54,626 nt of DNA from an uncultured Alphaproteobacteria bacterium (GTDB taxonomy: Bacteria; Pseudomonadota; Alphaproteobacteria; HIMB59; GCA-002718135): contig CABXJB010000002.1 in assembly GCA_902512415.1 (NCBI GenBank), positions 1 to 54,626 of the forward strand, read 5' to 3'. Position numbers and translations under genes: made by a program. Under the pieces are notes generated by a model. The model was not told where the DNA came from and ran no database searches. It was given only the letters and a program-made list of their open reading frames with translations. This document shows positions 1 to 9,804 of this stretch, piece after piece. The number at the start of each line of letters is the position of its first letter. The stretch's first letter is position 1.

Positions 1-87
1 AATTCTATTTCTTGCTAATTCTTGTCCTTTTTCATCTATTAAAATACCTTCAGTCTTCGTCCCACCGAGATCGATACCAATTTTCAT
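1..87 (-). CDS. ROK-family sugar kinase, N-terminal fragment (gene runs off the left edge)
   Basis: Too short for the ORF track. Minus-strand ATG at 85-87 reads MKIGIDLGGTKTEGILIDEKGQELARNRI. This carries the DxGGT phosphate-binding motif typical of ROK kinases such as E. coli Mak/NagK. It starts 7 nt after the bioY stop. Confidence 0.55.
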   Translation of the reverse strand, partial: MKIGIDLGGTKTEGILIDEKGQELARNRI

Positions 88-94
88 TTTAGAA

Positions 95-658
95 TTATTT
101 TAAAATTTTATTAAGCTTTGGTATTAATAGTACTGCTAAAGCTATTTTGAATAACTCGCTTGGAATAAAAGGGAGTAGACCTGCTTGAAGCGCTTTATTA
201 TATCCAATAATTGAACCTAGATACATTACGCCAAGAGCAAAAATTATGATTGAGCCTAACATAATACTTATAAAAGTCTTAATGTAGGAGATACTAAAAC
301 CTTTATTAGCAAAATAACTAATAACCACAGCTGCTAAAGTCATTCCATATAAGTAACCTGCAGTTGGGCCTGTTAAATAAGCAATGCCACCACCAGCTGC
401 AAAAACTGGTAAACCAATTGCTCCTTCGAATAAATATGCAACTAAAGTTAAAAAAGATAATCGAACACCATATGTAGTTCCTATAAGAAATACCATAAAT
501 GTTTGCATAGTCATTGGTACTGGCCAGAAAGGAACTTGAACTTTGGCTGATATAGTTAATAACAACGTACCAAAAAGAATAAGAAATATATTTGTTACGT
601 TTTGATTTATGCCTTGAAAGATCTTTAAGTTATTAATTAGAATTCTACTGTTGTTCAT
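95..658 (-). CDS. bioY: BioY-family biotin transporter (ECF S-component-like)
   Basis: 187-aa polytopic membrane ORF. The segments PVPMTMQTFMVFLIG, EGAIGLPVFAGGG and GPTAGYLYG match the BioY family pattern. Confidence 0.8.
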   Translation of the reverse strand: MNNSRILINNLKIFQGINQNVTNIFLILFGTLLLTISAKVQVPFWPVPMTMQTFMVFLIGTTYGVRLSFLTLVAYLFEGAIGLPVFAAGGGIAYLTGPTAGYLYGMTLAAVVISYFANKGFSISYIKTFISIMLGSIIIFALGVMYLGSIIGYNKALQAGLLPFIPSELFKIALAVLLIPKLNKILK

Positions 659-682
659 GGTTGTTCCTTTACTAATTACTCT

Positions 683-1624
683 TTAAACTATTTTATATTT
701 TGCTTCAAGTTTATCCCAGAAAACTTGCTCTAGTTTAGTATTATTTAAATTATTTATTTGCTTAATACCAGTTGGAGAAGTAACATTAATTTCTGTGAGA
801 TAGTTACCTATTATGTCAATTCCTACAAAAAAAAGATCTAATTTTTTTAATTTTTTTCCCAATTTTTCAATTATTTGCTGATCACGAAAAACTAACCCTG
901 TTTTTTTAGCTAAACCTCCAGCGTGGAAGTTAGCTTTGATACTGCCTTTTGAAGGGATTCTCGCAACAGACCCCACATACTCTCCATCAAAAAAAATTAC
1001 TCTTCTGTCGCCCTCGCTGATTTCAGAAATATATTTTTGCGAAATAATTGGCATTTCTAAATAAACACTATCTATATCAATTCCTTCAATTACATCATTC
1101 TTACTTCTATAAATGCCTTCTCCACCATTTCCGTACAAAGGTTTTATGATTATATCTTTATGCATCTTAAAAAAACTTTTAATTTCATCAACTCTTTGTG
1201 AAATTAAAGTTGGAGGCATAAATTCTTTAAACTTAAATGGAAGAATTTTCTCTGCACAATTTCTAACTGCTGTTGGGTTGTTTATTACTATAGTGTTTTT
1301 AGGCAAACAATCTAACAGATAGGTAGAGGTAATGTAATGCATATTAAATGGAGGATCTTGTCTTAAAAATATAAATCTAAAATCTTCTAATTTAACCTCT
1401 GTCTTATTAGACAGAAATTTATAATAATTTTTTTCTTGTTCAATTAATTCTATAAAAAAACCTTTAGCCCTTACTACGCCGGCATCAATAAATAAATCAT
1501 TTGGATGATAATAAAATAATTCATAGTTTCTTCTTTGACCTTCTAAACCAATAATAAAGGATGAATCAAATTCATAATCAATTGTGTTGATATCATCCAT
1601 TTGAATTGCAATTTTATTTTGCAT
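683..1624 (-). CDS. gshB: glutathione synthetase (ATP-grasp)
   Basis: 313 aa, the length and layout of prokaryotic GshB (N-terminal substrate domain plus ATP-grasp, e.g. IIKPLYGNGGEGI). Its start overlaps the gshA stop by 1 nt. Confidence 0.85.
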   Translation of the reverse strand: MQNKIAIQMDDINTIDYEFDSSFIIGLEGQRRNYELFYYHPNDLFIDAGVVRAKGFFIELIEQEKNYYKFLSNKTEVKLEDFRFIFLRQDPPFNMHYITSTYLLDCLPKNTIVINNPTAVRNCAEKILPFKFKEFMPPTLISQRVDEIKSFFKMHKDIIIKPLYGNGGEGIYRSKNDVIEGIDIDSVYLEMPIISQKYISEISEGDRRVIFFDGEYVGSVARIPSKGSIKANFHAGGLAKKTGLVFRDQQIIEKLGKKLKKLDLFFVGIDIIGNYLTEINVTSPTGIKQINNLNNTKLEQVFWDKLEAKYKIV

Positions 1625-2961
1625 TAAAAAATTAATTCCTTATAAATTGGTTTTATTGATTGTTTCCAAGAAGTATTAAAATTATTTATTAAATAATCAC
1701 CTGGCGAAAGCCCTTTATCTAAATTATTCTCTAACTCTTTCATATGTATACTTTCATCAAACTCACCATTTTTTGATAATCTATTTCTTTTATTTAATCC
1801 TTTTTTTGATAATTCGAAAAACTCTTGTGCATAATCAATTAATTTTCTTTCCTTAAAATTAGTTTTTAATCCTTCTTCAGGAACTATTTTATTCAAATAC
1901 AGCCTATCTTCTTCAGTCCAATCTTCAGTGATTTCTTTTGCTTTATCTAATATTTCATCATTATATAGAATGCCTATCCAAAAAGCAGGTTGGGAGCAAA
2001 TTAAATCCCAATTACATGCATCCATTGACCTTATTTCCAGGTATTGTTTTAATCTTGCTTGAGGAAATAAAGTTGTCAAATGATCTTCCCAATCTTTTAA
2101 TGTAACTTCGTGATTAATATCAGTACATTTACCGTCAAAAAAATCTTTAAATTTATAGTTTGTCATATCTATATATTTGTGATCTCGTTTTATAAAGTAC
2201 ATTGGAACATCTAATGCGTAATCAGTATATTTTTCAAAATTAAAATCTTTTTCAAAAACAAATGGAAGTAAACCTGTTCTATCAGAATCAGTATGATGCC
2301 AAAAGTGTGATCGTAAGCTTTTAAATTTAGAAATTTTGCCTTGATCAAAAGGAGAATTAGAAAAAATTGCAGTAGCAATAGCTTCAAGGTTCAGCATTAA
2401 TCTTAATTTGTTAACCATATCTTCTTCTGAAGAGTAATCTATATTAACTTGATTTGTGCAAGTACGTTTCATCATATGATGACCTAATGTACCAACTTGC
2501 TTCATATATTTTTTCATTATTTGATAACGTTGTTTTGGCATCCAAGGAAAATCATCTAGTTTTAAATTAGGCTCCACCCCCATACCCAATAAAATAAAAT
2601 TGAATTCCTCTCCTAATTTTTTAAGTTCTGTTAAATGTTTGGTTGTTTCCTCACATGTTTCATGAATATTATCCAATGGAGCACCTGATAATTCTATTTG
2701 ACCTCCTGGCTCTAGAGTTATTGATTCTTTACCTTTAGTCAGTGCAACAATAGTTTTTTGATTATCATCATATGATTGTATCCATCCCTTATTAGAAAGT
2801 CTTTCTAAAATATCTCTAATCCCATTAGTTTCATCATATGTACTTGGTAGAAAAGAGTCTTTATGCAAAACAAATTTTTCATGCTCTACACCAATTTTTA
2901 AATTTTTCTTAAATTTAATACCTGCAAAAAAATAATCATTTAAGTCATTTTTATTTATCAT
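1624..2961 (-). CDS. gshA: glutamate--cysteine ligase, GCS2 (plant/alphaproteobacterial) type
   Basis: 445-aa ORF resembling the GCS2 family (IGVEHEKF near the N-terminus, ITLEPGGQIELSGAP, EIRSMD). Translationally coupled to gshB. Confidence 0.85.
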   Translation of the reverse strand: MINKNDLNDYFFAGIKFKKNLKIGVEHEKFVLHKDSFLPSTYDETNGIRDILERLSNKGWIQSYDDNQKTIVALTKGKESITLEPGGQIELSGAPLDNIHETCEETTKHLTELKKLGEEFNFILLGMGVEPNLKLDDFPWMPKQRYQIMKKYMKQVGTLGHHMMKRTCTNQVNIDYSSEEDMVNKLRLMLNLEAIATAIFSNSPFDQGKISKFKSLRSHFWHHTDSDRTGLLPFVFEKDFNFEKYTDYALDVPMYFIKRDHKYIDMTNYKFKDFFDGKCTDINHEVTLKDWEDHLTTLFPQARLKQYLEIRSMDACNWDLICSQPAFWIGILYNDEILDKAKEITEDWTEEDRLYLNKIVPEEGLKTNFKERKLIDYAQEFFELSKKGLNKRNRLSKNGEFDESIHMKELENNLDKGLSPGDYLINNFNTSWKQSIKPIYKELIF

Positions 2962-2994
2962 TTTTAAATTGTATCATTAATGTCAAATAATATG

Positions 2995-3081
2995 TGGTGC
3001 GGCTGAGAAGACTTGAACTTCCACAGGATAAATCCTACAGCGACCTCAACGCTGCGCGTATACCAATTCCGCCACAGCCGC
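2995..3081 (-). tRNA. tRNA-Leu (anticodon GAG), class II with long variable arm, CCA encoded
   Basis: The reverse complement GCGGCTG...CAGCCGCACCA folds as a cloverleaf. Anticodon stem CAGCG/CGCTG, loop TTGAGGT, long variable arm, T-loop TTCAAGT. Length 87 nt. Confidence 0.9.
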
Positions 3082-3136
3082 ATATTTACTAGAATTAAAT
3101 AACAGATAGGCTAATAATATCAATGAAGTTAAACTC

Positions 3137-3784
3137 ATGAATATAGAAATAAAAAAACAATATGATTTAGTAGACTATGAGAAGTCTGTGGATTCTATGA
3201 AAGTAAGAGTGAGTCAAATTATAAATGAATCTAAAAAAGAACTTATATGGTTTTTAAATCATGATCATATTTATACTCAAGGAACGAGTGCTTCTGAAAA
3301 TGAAATATTAAAAAAAAATCAAATTAGAATAATTAAAACAAATAGAGGTGGAAAAACAACCTATCATGGACCGGGTCAAAGGATCGTTTATTTTGTTATT
3401 AATCTTAATAAAAGGAAGAGAGATATTCGACAGTTCATATCAATTATTGAAAAATCACTTATGGATTTTTTAAACATGTATGAAATTGATTGCACAACAT
3501 TTAAAAATAGAGTGGGGATTTGGGTGACTGGCAAAAATGGCAAAAAATTTTCTAAAGAAGAAAAAATTGGCGCTATTGGACTAAGATTAAAAAACTGGAT
3601 AACATACCATGGACTAAGTTTTAATATTAACCCAGATATGAGAAATTATAATTTTATAAATTCATGTGGGCTTAAGAATTTTAAAAATACTTCACTTCAA
3701 GAACTAGGAATAAAAATAAATGAAAATAAATTTGATGAGGAATATTCAGAAATTTTTTTGAATAATTTAAAAATTCTTAAATAA
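3137..3784 (+). CDS. lipB: octanoyltransferase (lipoyl(octanoyl) transferase)
   Basis: 215 aa with the LipB signature RGGKTTYHGPGQ and the downstream KIGAIGLR lysine region. Confidence 0.85.
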   Translation: MNIEIKKQYDLVDYEKSVDSMKVRVSQIINESKKELIWFLNHDHIYTQGTSASENEILKKNQIRIIKTNRGGKTTYHGPGQRIVYFVINLNKRKRDIRQFISIIEKSLMDFLNMYEIDCTTFKNRVGIWVTGKNGKKFSKEEKIGAIGLRLKNWITYHGLSFNINPDMRNYNFINSCGLKNFKNTSLQELGIKINENKFDEEYSEIFLNNLKILK

Positions 3785-4679
3785 TTTTTGAATTAAATTT
3801 TATATTCTTTAAACCTAAATAATCAGTAAAATCTTTTGGTAATCCTGATTGTATATTAAATTGATCATCTTCAATATTAAATTGTAATTTAAATGAATTT
3901 AATTTTAGGTTTTCTTTTTGCTTAGTTTTATTTAAATTATATTTAAGATCACCTACTATAGGACATCCTAAATTTTTGGCCACTATTCGTATTTGATGTT
4001 TTTTTCCTGTCTTGGGTATAAATTTTATTAAAGAAGTTTTTTCATTATAAGAAAGCACTTTATAGAAAGTTTTAGTTTTAATCGCCTTCCCTTTATCATG
4101 CGAATCAATAAGTAAATCTACATAAGACTCTTTAAGCTTTGGTTTTCCATCACAAAGAGCTAAATAAGTTTTTTTTAATTTTTGAGATTTAAAGAGTTGA
4201 CCAAAAAGTTTTGTATATTTTAGATTTTTAGCAATTATCATCAAGCCTGCTGTTTCCTTATCTAATCTATGCACAAGATTATAATATGGAGAAATACTTT
4301 TAATAATTGTATCAATTGATATAATGATATTGGTACCCCCTTGAGTTGCAATACCCGACCACTTATCAATAACTAAAAAATTCTTATTTTCGTATAATGT
4401 TGATTTTTTGAAATTATTTTTAAGAGAATTATTAATGTTTAAAATATTTTTTTTCTTTTCAAATTTTGGGTATATCTCCTTATTAAAATTTTTAATAGTA
4501 ACTTTATCACCAACTTGAACGATATAATTAGATTTCGTTGTATGATCATTTAGTAGAATATTTTTTTTTCTTAGATTTTTTTCAATAAAACTCTGAGTTA
4601 AGCTTATAAATTGTCGTTTTAAAAACTTATCAATTCTTTGTTCTGCAGTATTGTTATTTATCTGAAATATTTTAATCAA
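3777..4679 (-). CDS. RluA-family 23S rRNA pseudouridine synthase (RluC/RluD-like) with N-terminal S4 domain
   Basis: 300 aa. S4-like N-terminus (RIDKFL...) and catalytic motif HRLDKETAGLMIIAK. Apparent TTG start overlaps the crcB TGA stop (TTGA). Confidence 0.8.
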   Translation of the reverse strand: MIKIFQINNNTAEQRIDKFLKRQFISLTQSFIEKNLRKKNILLNDHTTKSNYIVQVGDKVTIKNFNKEIYPKFEKKKNILNINNSLKNNFKKSTLYENKNFLVIDKWSGIATQGGTNIIISIDTIIKSISPYYNLVHRLDKETAGLMIIAKNLKYTKLFGQLFKSQKLKKTYLALCDGKPKLKESYVDLLIDSHDKGKAIKTKTFYKVLSYNEKTSLIKFIPKTGKKHQIRIVAKNLGCPIVGDLKYNLNKTKQKENLKLNSFKLQFNIEDDQFNIQSGLPKDFTDYLGLKNIKFNSKII

Positions 4680-5056
4680 CTTATTAATTTATTTAAATTG
4701 AGTCCTAAAAAAGTAAATAATAAACATAAAAGAAGAGATAAAAACATATAAAAAAAAGCAATTAAAAATTTTCTATTAATTATTAATTCCACACTTTCTA
4801 ATGAAAAAGTTGAAAATGTAGTAAAAGATCCAAGGATACCAATAATAAAAAAATACTTTATAAAATCTTGAGATAAGTTTTTATTTCCTAATAACATAAT
4901 TGTGTATCCAATAAAAAAAGAACCTGCAATATTAACTATAAGAGTATTGATGAATAAAAAATTTGGAAATAAAAAACTTTTAGAACTTATATAAAAAATA
5001 TACCGTAAAGTCGCTCCAATGGATCCTCCAATGGCAACTAACAATAAGTTAAACAA
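4676..5056 (-). CDS. crcB: fluoride ion channel CrcB/FluC
   Basis: 126 aa with four TM segments. N-terminal VAIGGSIGATLRY and GILGSFTTFSTF motifs are typical of CrcB. Apparent TTG start lies 2 nt after the rplQ stop. Confidence 0.85.
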   Translation of the reverse strand: MFNLLLVAIGGSIGATLRYIFYISSKSFLFPNFLFINTLIVNIAGSFFIGYTIMLLGNKNLSQDFIKYFFIIGILGSFTTFSTFSLESVELIINRKFLIAFFYMFLSLLLCLLFTFLGLNLNKLIS

Positions 5057-5058
5057 AA

Positions 5059-5493
5059 TTAATTTTGAGGCAGTGGTTCTTCTTCAGTGGCTTTCTTTTC
5101 TATAAGAGGACCACTATCCAATCCTTTGGCATCTTCATCTCTATCAATAAATTCGATGACAGCTGTAGGAGCATTGTCACCATACCTATTACCCAATTTT
5201 ACAATTCTAGTATAACCACCACTTCTTTTGCTATATCTATCAGCTAATATTTCAAATATCTTTTTAGTCATTTTTTCATCTTGAAGAATCGACATTGCTT
5301 TTCTTCTAGCTGATAAATTACCTTTTTTTCCTAATGTAACAACTTTTTCAATAAAAGGCCTTAGTTCTTTTGCTTTAGGCAAAGTAGTTGTAATCTGCTC
5401 ATGTTTAATTAAAGCGTTTGACATATTCATTAAAAGAGCTTTCCTATGGGAGGATGTTCTATTTAATTTTCTGTGTTTAATATTATGCTTCAT
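5059..5493 (-). CDS. rplQ: 50S ribosomal protein L17
   Basis: 144 aa starting [24 protein letters not shown] (bL17 signature). Last gene after rpoA, as in the alpha operon. Confidence 0.95.
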   Translation of the reverse strand: MKHNIKHRKLNRTSSHRKALLMNMSNALIKHEQITTTLPKAKELRPFIEKVVTLGKKGNLSARRKAMSILQDEKMTKKIFEILADRYSKRSGGYTRIVKLGNRYGDNAPTAVIEFIDRDEDAKGLDSGPLIEKKATEEEPLPQN

Positions 5494-5499
5494 AAAACC

Positions 5500-6522
5500 T
5501 TATTTATTAAATGGATCCTCATATTTTTTTGCCAAATCATCAATATTTTCTGGAGGCCAATCTGACACTGACATACCTAAGTTTAATTCCATTTGAGTTA
5601 GAACTTCCTTAATTTCATTAAGAGATTTCCTTCCAAAATTTGGAGTTCTTAACATTTCAGACTCAGTTTTTTGAACTAAATCGCCAATGTAAATTATATT
5701 GTCATTTTTTAAGCAATTAGCTGACCTAACTGATAACTCTAGTTCTTCAACTTTTTTAAGTAGATTTGTGTTAAATGATAATTGTTCTGCTCCGTCATGA
5801 TCTTGTTGAATTTCAGGCTCATCAAAATTTATAAATGCCTGCAATTGATCTTGTAATATTCTTGCTGAAAGGGCAATAGCATCGTCTGGGGAAATTACAC
5901 CATTTGTTTCTACATCAAATATAAGCTTATCGTAATCTGTAACCTGTCCGACTCTACTATTTTCAATTTTATAGGTAGCTTTTATAACAGGACTAAACAT
6001 TGAATCTAACTTTATTTCTCCAATAATTTTATTTTCATCTTCAGCAACTTCCGCAGAAACATAACCTTTTCCAGTTTCAATATTTGCTTCAATTTCTATG
6101 TCAGCATTTGAATCAAGAGTCATTATAAGTTGGTCTTTGTTCATAATTTCAGTTTCTGAGTCTGTTTCAAAATTACCCGCTCTAATTTCACCAGATCCAT
6201 TTGACTTAATATACATTTTTTTTAGACCTGGAGAGTGAACTTTTACTGCTATAGCTTTAAGATTTAACAATATATCAGTTAAATCTTCCTTTACACCTGG
6301 TATTGTAGAAAATTCATGAACAACCCCTTTTATTTTTACAGAAGTTATTGCTGCGCCTTGAAGAGATGATAAAAGTACTCTTCTAATTGCGTTACCTAAG
6401 GTTAATCCAAAACCTCTTTCTAAAGGTTCAGCAATTAACCTACCTTTTCTACCATCATTCTCTTGGACATTTACGTCCATTTTACTAGGTTTAATAAGTT
6501 CCATCCAATTTTTTTGTAACAC
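5500..6522 (-). CDS. rpoA: DNA-directed RNA polymerase subunit alpha
   Basis: 340 aa. The N-terminal assembly domain and C-terminal [23 protein letters not shown] helix-hairpin-helix are typical of the alpha CTD. Confidence 0.95.
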   Translation of the reverse strand: MLQKNWMELIKPSKMDVNVQENDGRKGRLIAEPLERGFGLTLGNAIRRVLLSSLQGAAITSVKIKGVVHEFSTIPGVKEDLTDILLNLKAIAVKVHSPGLKKMYIKSNGSGEIRAGNFETDSETEIMNKDQLIMTLDSNADIEIEANIETGKGYVSAEVAEDENKIIGEIKLDSMFSPVIKATYKIENSRVGQVTDYDKLIFDVETNGVISPDDAIALSARILQDQLQAFINFDEPEIQQDHDGAEQLSFNTNLLKKVEELELSVRSANCLKNDNIIYIGDLVQKTESEMLRTPNFGRKSLNEIKEVLTQMELNLGMSVSDWPPENIDDLAKKYEDPFNK

Positions 6523-6538
6523 TTAATACTCCTTTTAT

Positions 6539-6925
6539 TTAAACTCTTCTTCTTTTTCTGGGTCTACATCCATTGTGAGGAATTGGCGTAACATCTTTTA
6601 TTGAAGTTATCATATAACCTATAGCCTGAAGAGATCTTAATGCTGACTCTCTTCCTGAGCCAGGACCGGACACTTCAACTTTTAATGTTTTAAGTCCAAA
6701 TTCCTTAGCTTTGTTTCCCACATCCTCAGCAGCTATTTGAGCGGCATAAGGTGTAGATTTTCTTGAACCTTTAAAACCTTTATGACCTGCAGAAGACCAT
6801 GCTAAAGCGTTACCATTTTCATCAGTGATAGTAATAATTGTGTTATTAAAGGAAGAAACAATATGCGCTACACCTGAGGATAGTTTCTTTTTTATCTTAG
6901 TCTTTACTTTTTTCTTATCTGACAT
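6539..6925 (-). CDS. rpsK: 30S ribosomal protein S11
   Basis: 128 aa with [22 protein letters not shown] and C-terminal [13 protein letters not shown]. Confidence 0.95.
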   Translation of the reverse strand: MSDKKKVKTKIKKKLSSGVAHIVSSFNNTIITITDENGNALAWSSAGHKGFKGSRKSTPYAAQIAAEDVGNKAKEFGLKTLKVEVSGPGSGRESALRSLQAIGYMITSIKDVTPIPHNGCRPRKRRRV

Positions 6926-6937
6926 ATTTATCCCCTT

Positions 6938-7318
6938 TTATCCCTTAGTAACTTTTTTCTTTCCAGCAATAGCTACTGCTTTTCCTTTTCTTGTTCTTGC
7001 ATTTGTATGAGTTCTTTGTCCTCTAACAGGTAGTTTTTTTCTATGCCTCAAACCTCTATAACAACCTAAGTCATTAAGTCTTTTTATATCTAATGATATT
7101 TTTCTCCTTAAGTCTCCTTCAACAGTTTGTTTTTGATCAATCAGATCTCTTATTTTGTTAAGTTCATCATCATTCAACTCACTTACTCTTTTTGCAATAT
7201 CAATTGATGCCTCAGAACAAATATCATTAGCTACTTTATTTCCAATACCAAAAATATAAGTAAGGGCTACATTAATTTTTTTATTTGTAGGTATATTTAC
7301 TCCAGAAATCCTTGCCAT
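6938..7318 (-). CDS. rpsM: 30S ribosomal protein S13
   Basis: 126 aa with [10 protein letters not shown] and [27 protein letters not shown]. Confidence 0.95.
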   Translation of the reverse strand: MARISGVNIPTNKKINVALTYIFGIGNKVANDICSEASIDIAKRVSELNDDELNKIRDLIDQKQTVEGDLRRKISLDIKRLNDLGCYRGLRHRKKLPVRGQRTHTNARTRKGKAVAIAGKKKVTKG

Positions 7319-7401
7319 TAGTTAAACCTATTTGTAATATGAATGAGGGTGCATACATTAAATAATACACTTAAGTCAAGCTTTGAAATGCTAATTTTCA
7401 C

Positions 7402-7980
7402 CTAATTTTCGCCTTTTTTTATAATTTTCATCAATTCTTTTTGTATATGCAAAACTTCTTGAGAAGCATCAATAGTAAAGTAGTTTTGACTAAAATTATT
7501 ATAAAAAAACTGGGAGACTGGGTAGGTTTCTTTACTATAATTATCTATACGTGTTTTAATTGAATCTAAATTATCATCTGATCTTTTTTCTTTAAGAGAT
7601 CTATGAATTATTCTTTCTTTAACTATTTTGAAATCAATTTTAAAATCAAAGATTAGATCAATAATTATGTTATTATTCTTCATAAAGGATAAAAGGTATT
7701 CTGATTGTGAAATTGTTCTTGGATAACCATCTAATATATAACCTGCACTAGAAACTTTACTTATTAGTTTATTAGATATTATTTGATTTATAATTTTATC
7801 AGAAACTAAGTTTCCCGACGAAATTATTTTCTTTAATTGTTTGGAAAGTTTATCACTATCATCGAATTTATCTCTTAAAATATCACCGGTTGATAAATGT
7901 AAAATATTTAATTTTTTTGCAATTAATTTTGCCTGAGTTCCTTTTCCTGACCCAGGAGGACCAAAAAATATCATTTTCAT
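7402..7980 (-). CDS. adk: adenylate kinase (short-LID type)
   Basis: 192 aa with P-loop GPPGSGKGTQ. Lies between secY and rpsM. Confidence 0.9.
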   Translation of the reverse strand: MKMIFFGPPGSGKGTQAKLIAKKLNILHLSTGDILRDKFDDSDKLSKQLKKIISSGNLVSDKIINQIISNKLISKVSSAGYILDGYPRTISQSEYLLSFMKNNNIIIDLIFDFKIDFKIVKERIIHRSLKEKRSDDNLDSIKTRIDNYSKETYPVSQFFYNNFSQNYFTIDASQEVLHIQKELMKIIKKGEN

Positions 7981-7983
7981 TAA

Positions 7984-9324
7984 TTATCTACGGCCCTTTA
8001 GTTTTGTTTTTTTTAATAAACCTTCATACTGATGTTGAAAAAGATGAGATTGAACCTGAGTAATAAAATCAATCATAACAACTACTATTATTAATAAACT
8101 AGTACCTCCCAAATAAAAAGGTATTGAAGTTTTAGATATTAAAAATTCAGGAAGTAAAGCTACAAGAGATAAATAAATTGTTCCAACTGTTGTTAGGCGC
8201 GTCAAAACATAGTCAATATATTTAGAAGTATTTTCTCCAGGCCTAATACCTGGAATAAAACCGCCATATTTTCTAAGGTTTTCAGCTTGTTCATCAGGAT
8301 TAAAAACAATTCCAGTGTAAAAAAAACCAAAAAATATTATCATGGCTGCAAAAAGAGCTAGGTAAAGTGGTTGCCCTCTTCCTAAATAACTTGAAATAAA
8401 TAAAAAAATATCACTTGAAGACCCTGCACCAAAACCAGACATTGTATTCGGTAAAAGCAAAATTGATGAAGCAAAAATTACTGGAATTACTCCCGCAGTA
8501 TTAATCTTAAGAGGTAGATGGGAGCTTTGACCTCCATAAATCTTGTTTCCAACCTGTCTTTTAGGGTATTGAACTACAAGTCTTCTTTGTCCCTTTTCAA
8601 CAAAAACTATAAAAATAATTAATCCGAGTATTAAAATTAATATGCCAAGTATGAAAGCAATACTTAATTCACCAGTTCTTCCAAGTTGCAAAGTGCTTAC
8701 AACAGCACCGGGTAAATTTGCAATAATACCTGCTGTAATAATTAGAGAGATACCATTGCCAACTCCTCTTGAACTAATTTGCTCTCCTAGCCACATAAGA
8801 AATATGGTTCCACCCACAAGAGTTATGACTGTAGTAATTCTAAAAAAAAGTCCAGGTTCAAATACAATATTGCCATAAGCAGTCTGCATAGATTCTAAAC
8901 CTATAGAAACACCATAACCTTGTAGGGCAGCTATTATTACTGTTACATATCTTGTGTACTGAAGAATTTGTCGTCTTCCTTTTGAACCTTGTTCTTTTAA
9001 ATTTTTTAGATGTGGAATGCTTGATTGCATTAACGTCATTATGATTGAAGAAGAAATGTATGGCATTACTCCAAGAGCAAAAATACCCATTCTTCCTAAA
9101 GCACCTCCAGAAAAAGTATCAAAAATACCTAAGATACCAGAAGATTGTTGTTCAAAAAATTGTTGCAATGCAACTGGATTAATACCTGGAATAGGAAGAA
9201 ACGTTCCCAGTCTAAAAACGATTAGTGCCCCTAATGTGAAAAGAAGACGGTTTCTTAACTCTGTTGCTTTTCCTATTGCACCAAAATTTAAATTATTTGC
9301 AAGTCTTTCTGAAGCTGTAGCCAT
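7984..9324 (-). CDS. secY: preprotein translocase subunit SecY
   Basis: 446-aa polytopic membrane protein in the canonical position after rplO. Contains GIFALGVMPYISSSII and GISLIITAGI segments. Confidence 0.95.
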   Translation of the reverse strand: MATASERLANNLNFGAIGKATELRNRLLFTLGALIVFRLGTFLPIPGINPVALQQFFEQQSSGILGIFDTFSGGALGRMGIFALGVMPYISSSIIMTLMQSSIPHLKNLKEQGSKGRRQILQYTRYVTVIIAALQGYGVSIGLESMQTAYGNIVFEPGLFFRITTVITLVGGTIFLMWLGEQISSRGVGNGISLIITAGIIANLPGAVVSTLQLGRTGELSIAFILGILILILGLIIFIVFVEKGQRRLVVQYPKRQVGNKIYGGQSSHLPLKINTAGVIPVIFASSILLLPNTMSGFGAGSSSDIFLFISSYLGRGQPLYLALFAAMIIFFGFFYTGIVFNPDEQAENLRKYGGFIPGIRPGENTSKYIDYVLTRLTTVGTIYLSLVALLPEFLISKTSIPFYLGGTSLLIIVVVMIDFITQVQSHLFQHQYEGLLKKTKLKGRR

Positions 9325-9325
9325 A

Positions 9326-9784
9326 TTATGTTGATGTTAAGGTTATTTTACCACCATTTTTTTCAATTTTTTCAACAGCAGATTTTGATGCATAAGAAAT
9401 TTCAATATTGATCTTATCTTTTATATCACCAACATTTAGTAACTTTAAATTCCCTTTTGATTTTGATAAGATTTTTTTTTCAAACAAATCAGACTCCTTA
9501 ATTTTTGATGGGTCAATATTGTGGTTTTTAATAAGATTTGAAATGGTATCAAAATTAATATTTTGAATCTTTTTTTCAAAAATATTTTTAAAACCTCTTT
9601 TAGGTAACCTTCTGTACAAAGGCATTTGACCACCTTCAAATCCATTTATTGAAACTCCAGATCTAGATTTTTGTCCCTTAACACCTCTACCTGCTGTCTT
9701 TCCAAGCCCTGAACCCGAACCTCTCCCTCTTCTCTTTCGTTTTTTATTTGATGTCAAATTAGAAGTTAGTTGATTAATTCTCAT
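9326..9784 (-). CDS. rplO: 50S ribosomal protein L15
   Basis: 152 aa with the glycine/arginine-rich N-terminus [29 protein letters not shown]. Confidence 0.95.
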   Translation of the reverse strand: MRINQLTSNLTSNKKRKRRGRGSGSGLGKTAGRGVKGQKSRSGVSINGFEGGQMPLYRRLPKRGFKNIFEKKIQNINFDTISNLIKNHNIDPSKIKESDLFEKKILSKSKGNLKLLNVGDIKDKINIEISYASKSAVEKIEKNGGKITLTST

Positions 9785-9804
9785 TTTTTTACCTATCTTT
9801 TATT

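Noticed and set aside
7319-7401. The spacer between adk and rpsM as a hiding place for rpmJ/infA or an S13 leader/promoter
   Set aside because: Neither strand has an ORF of useful length. A TTGACT hexamer is present on the minus strand, but no acceptable -10 lies at proper spacing.
9017-9334. 105-aa plus-strand ORF, and 8642-8878
   Set aside because: Antisense to secY. Shadow ORFs.
9445-9645. 66-aa minus-strand ORF in an alternative frame of rplO, and the 60-aa ORF 32955-33137 inside tuf
   Set aside because: They are embedded out of frame within highly conserved genes, with no start context or motif.
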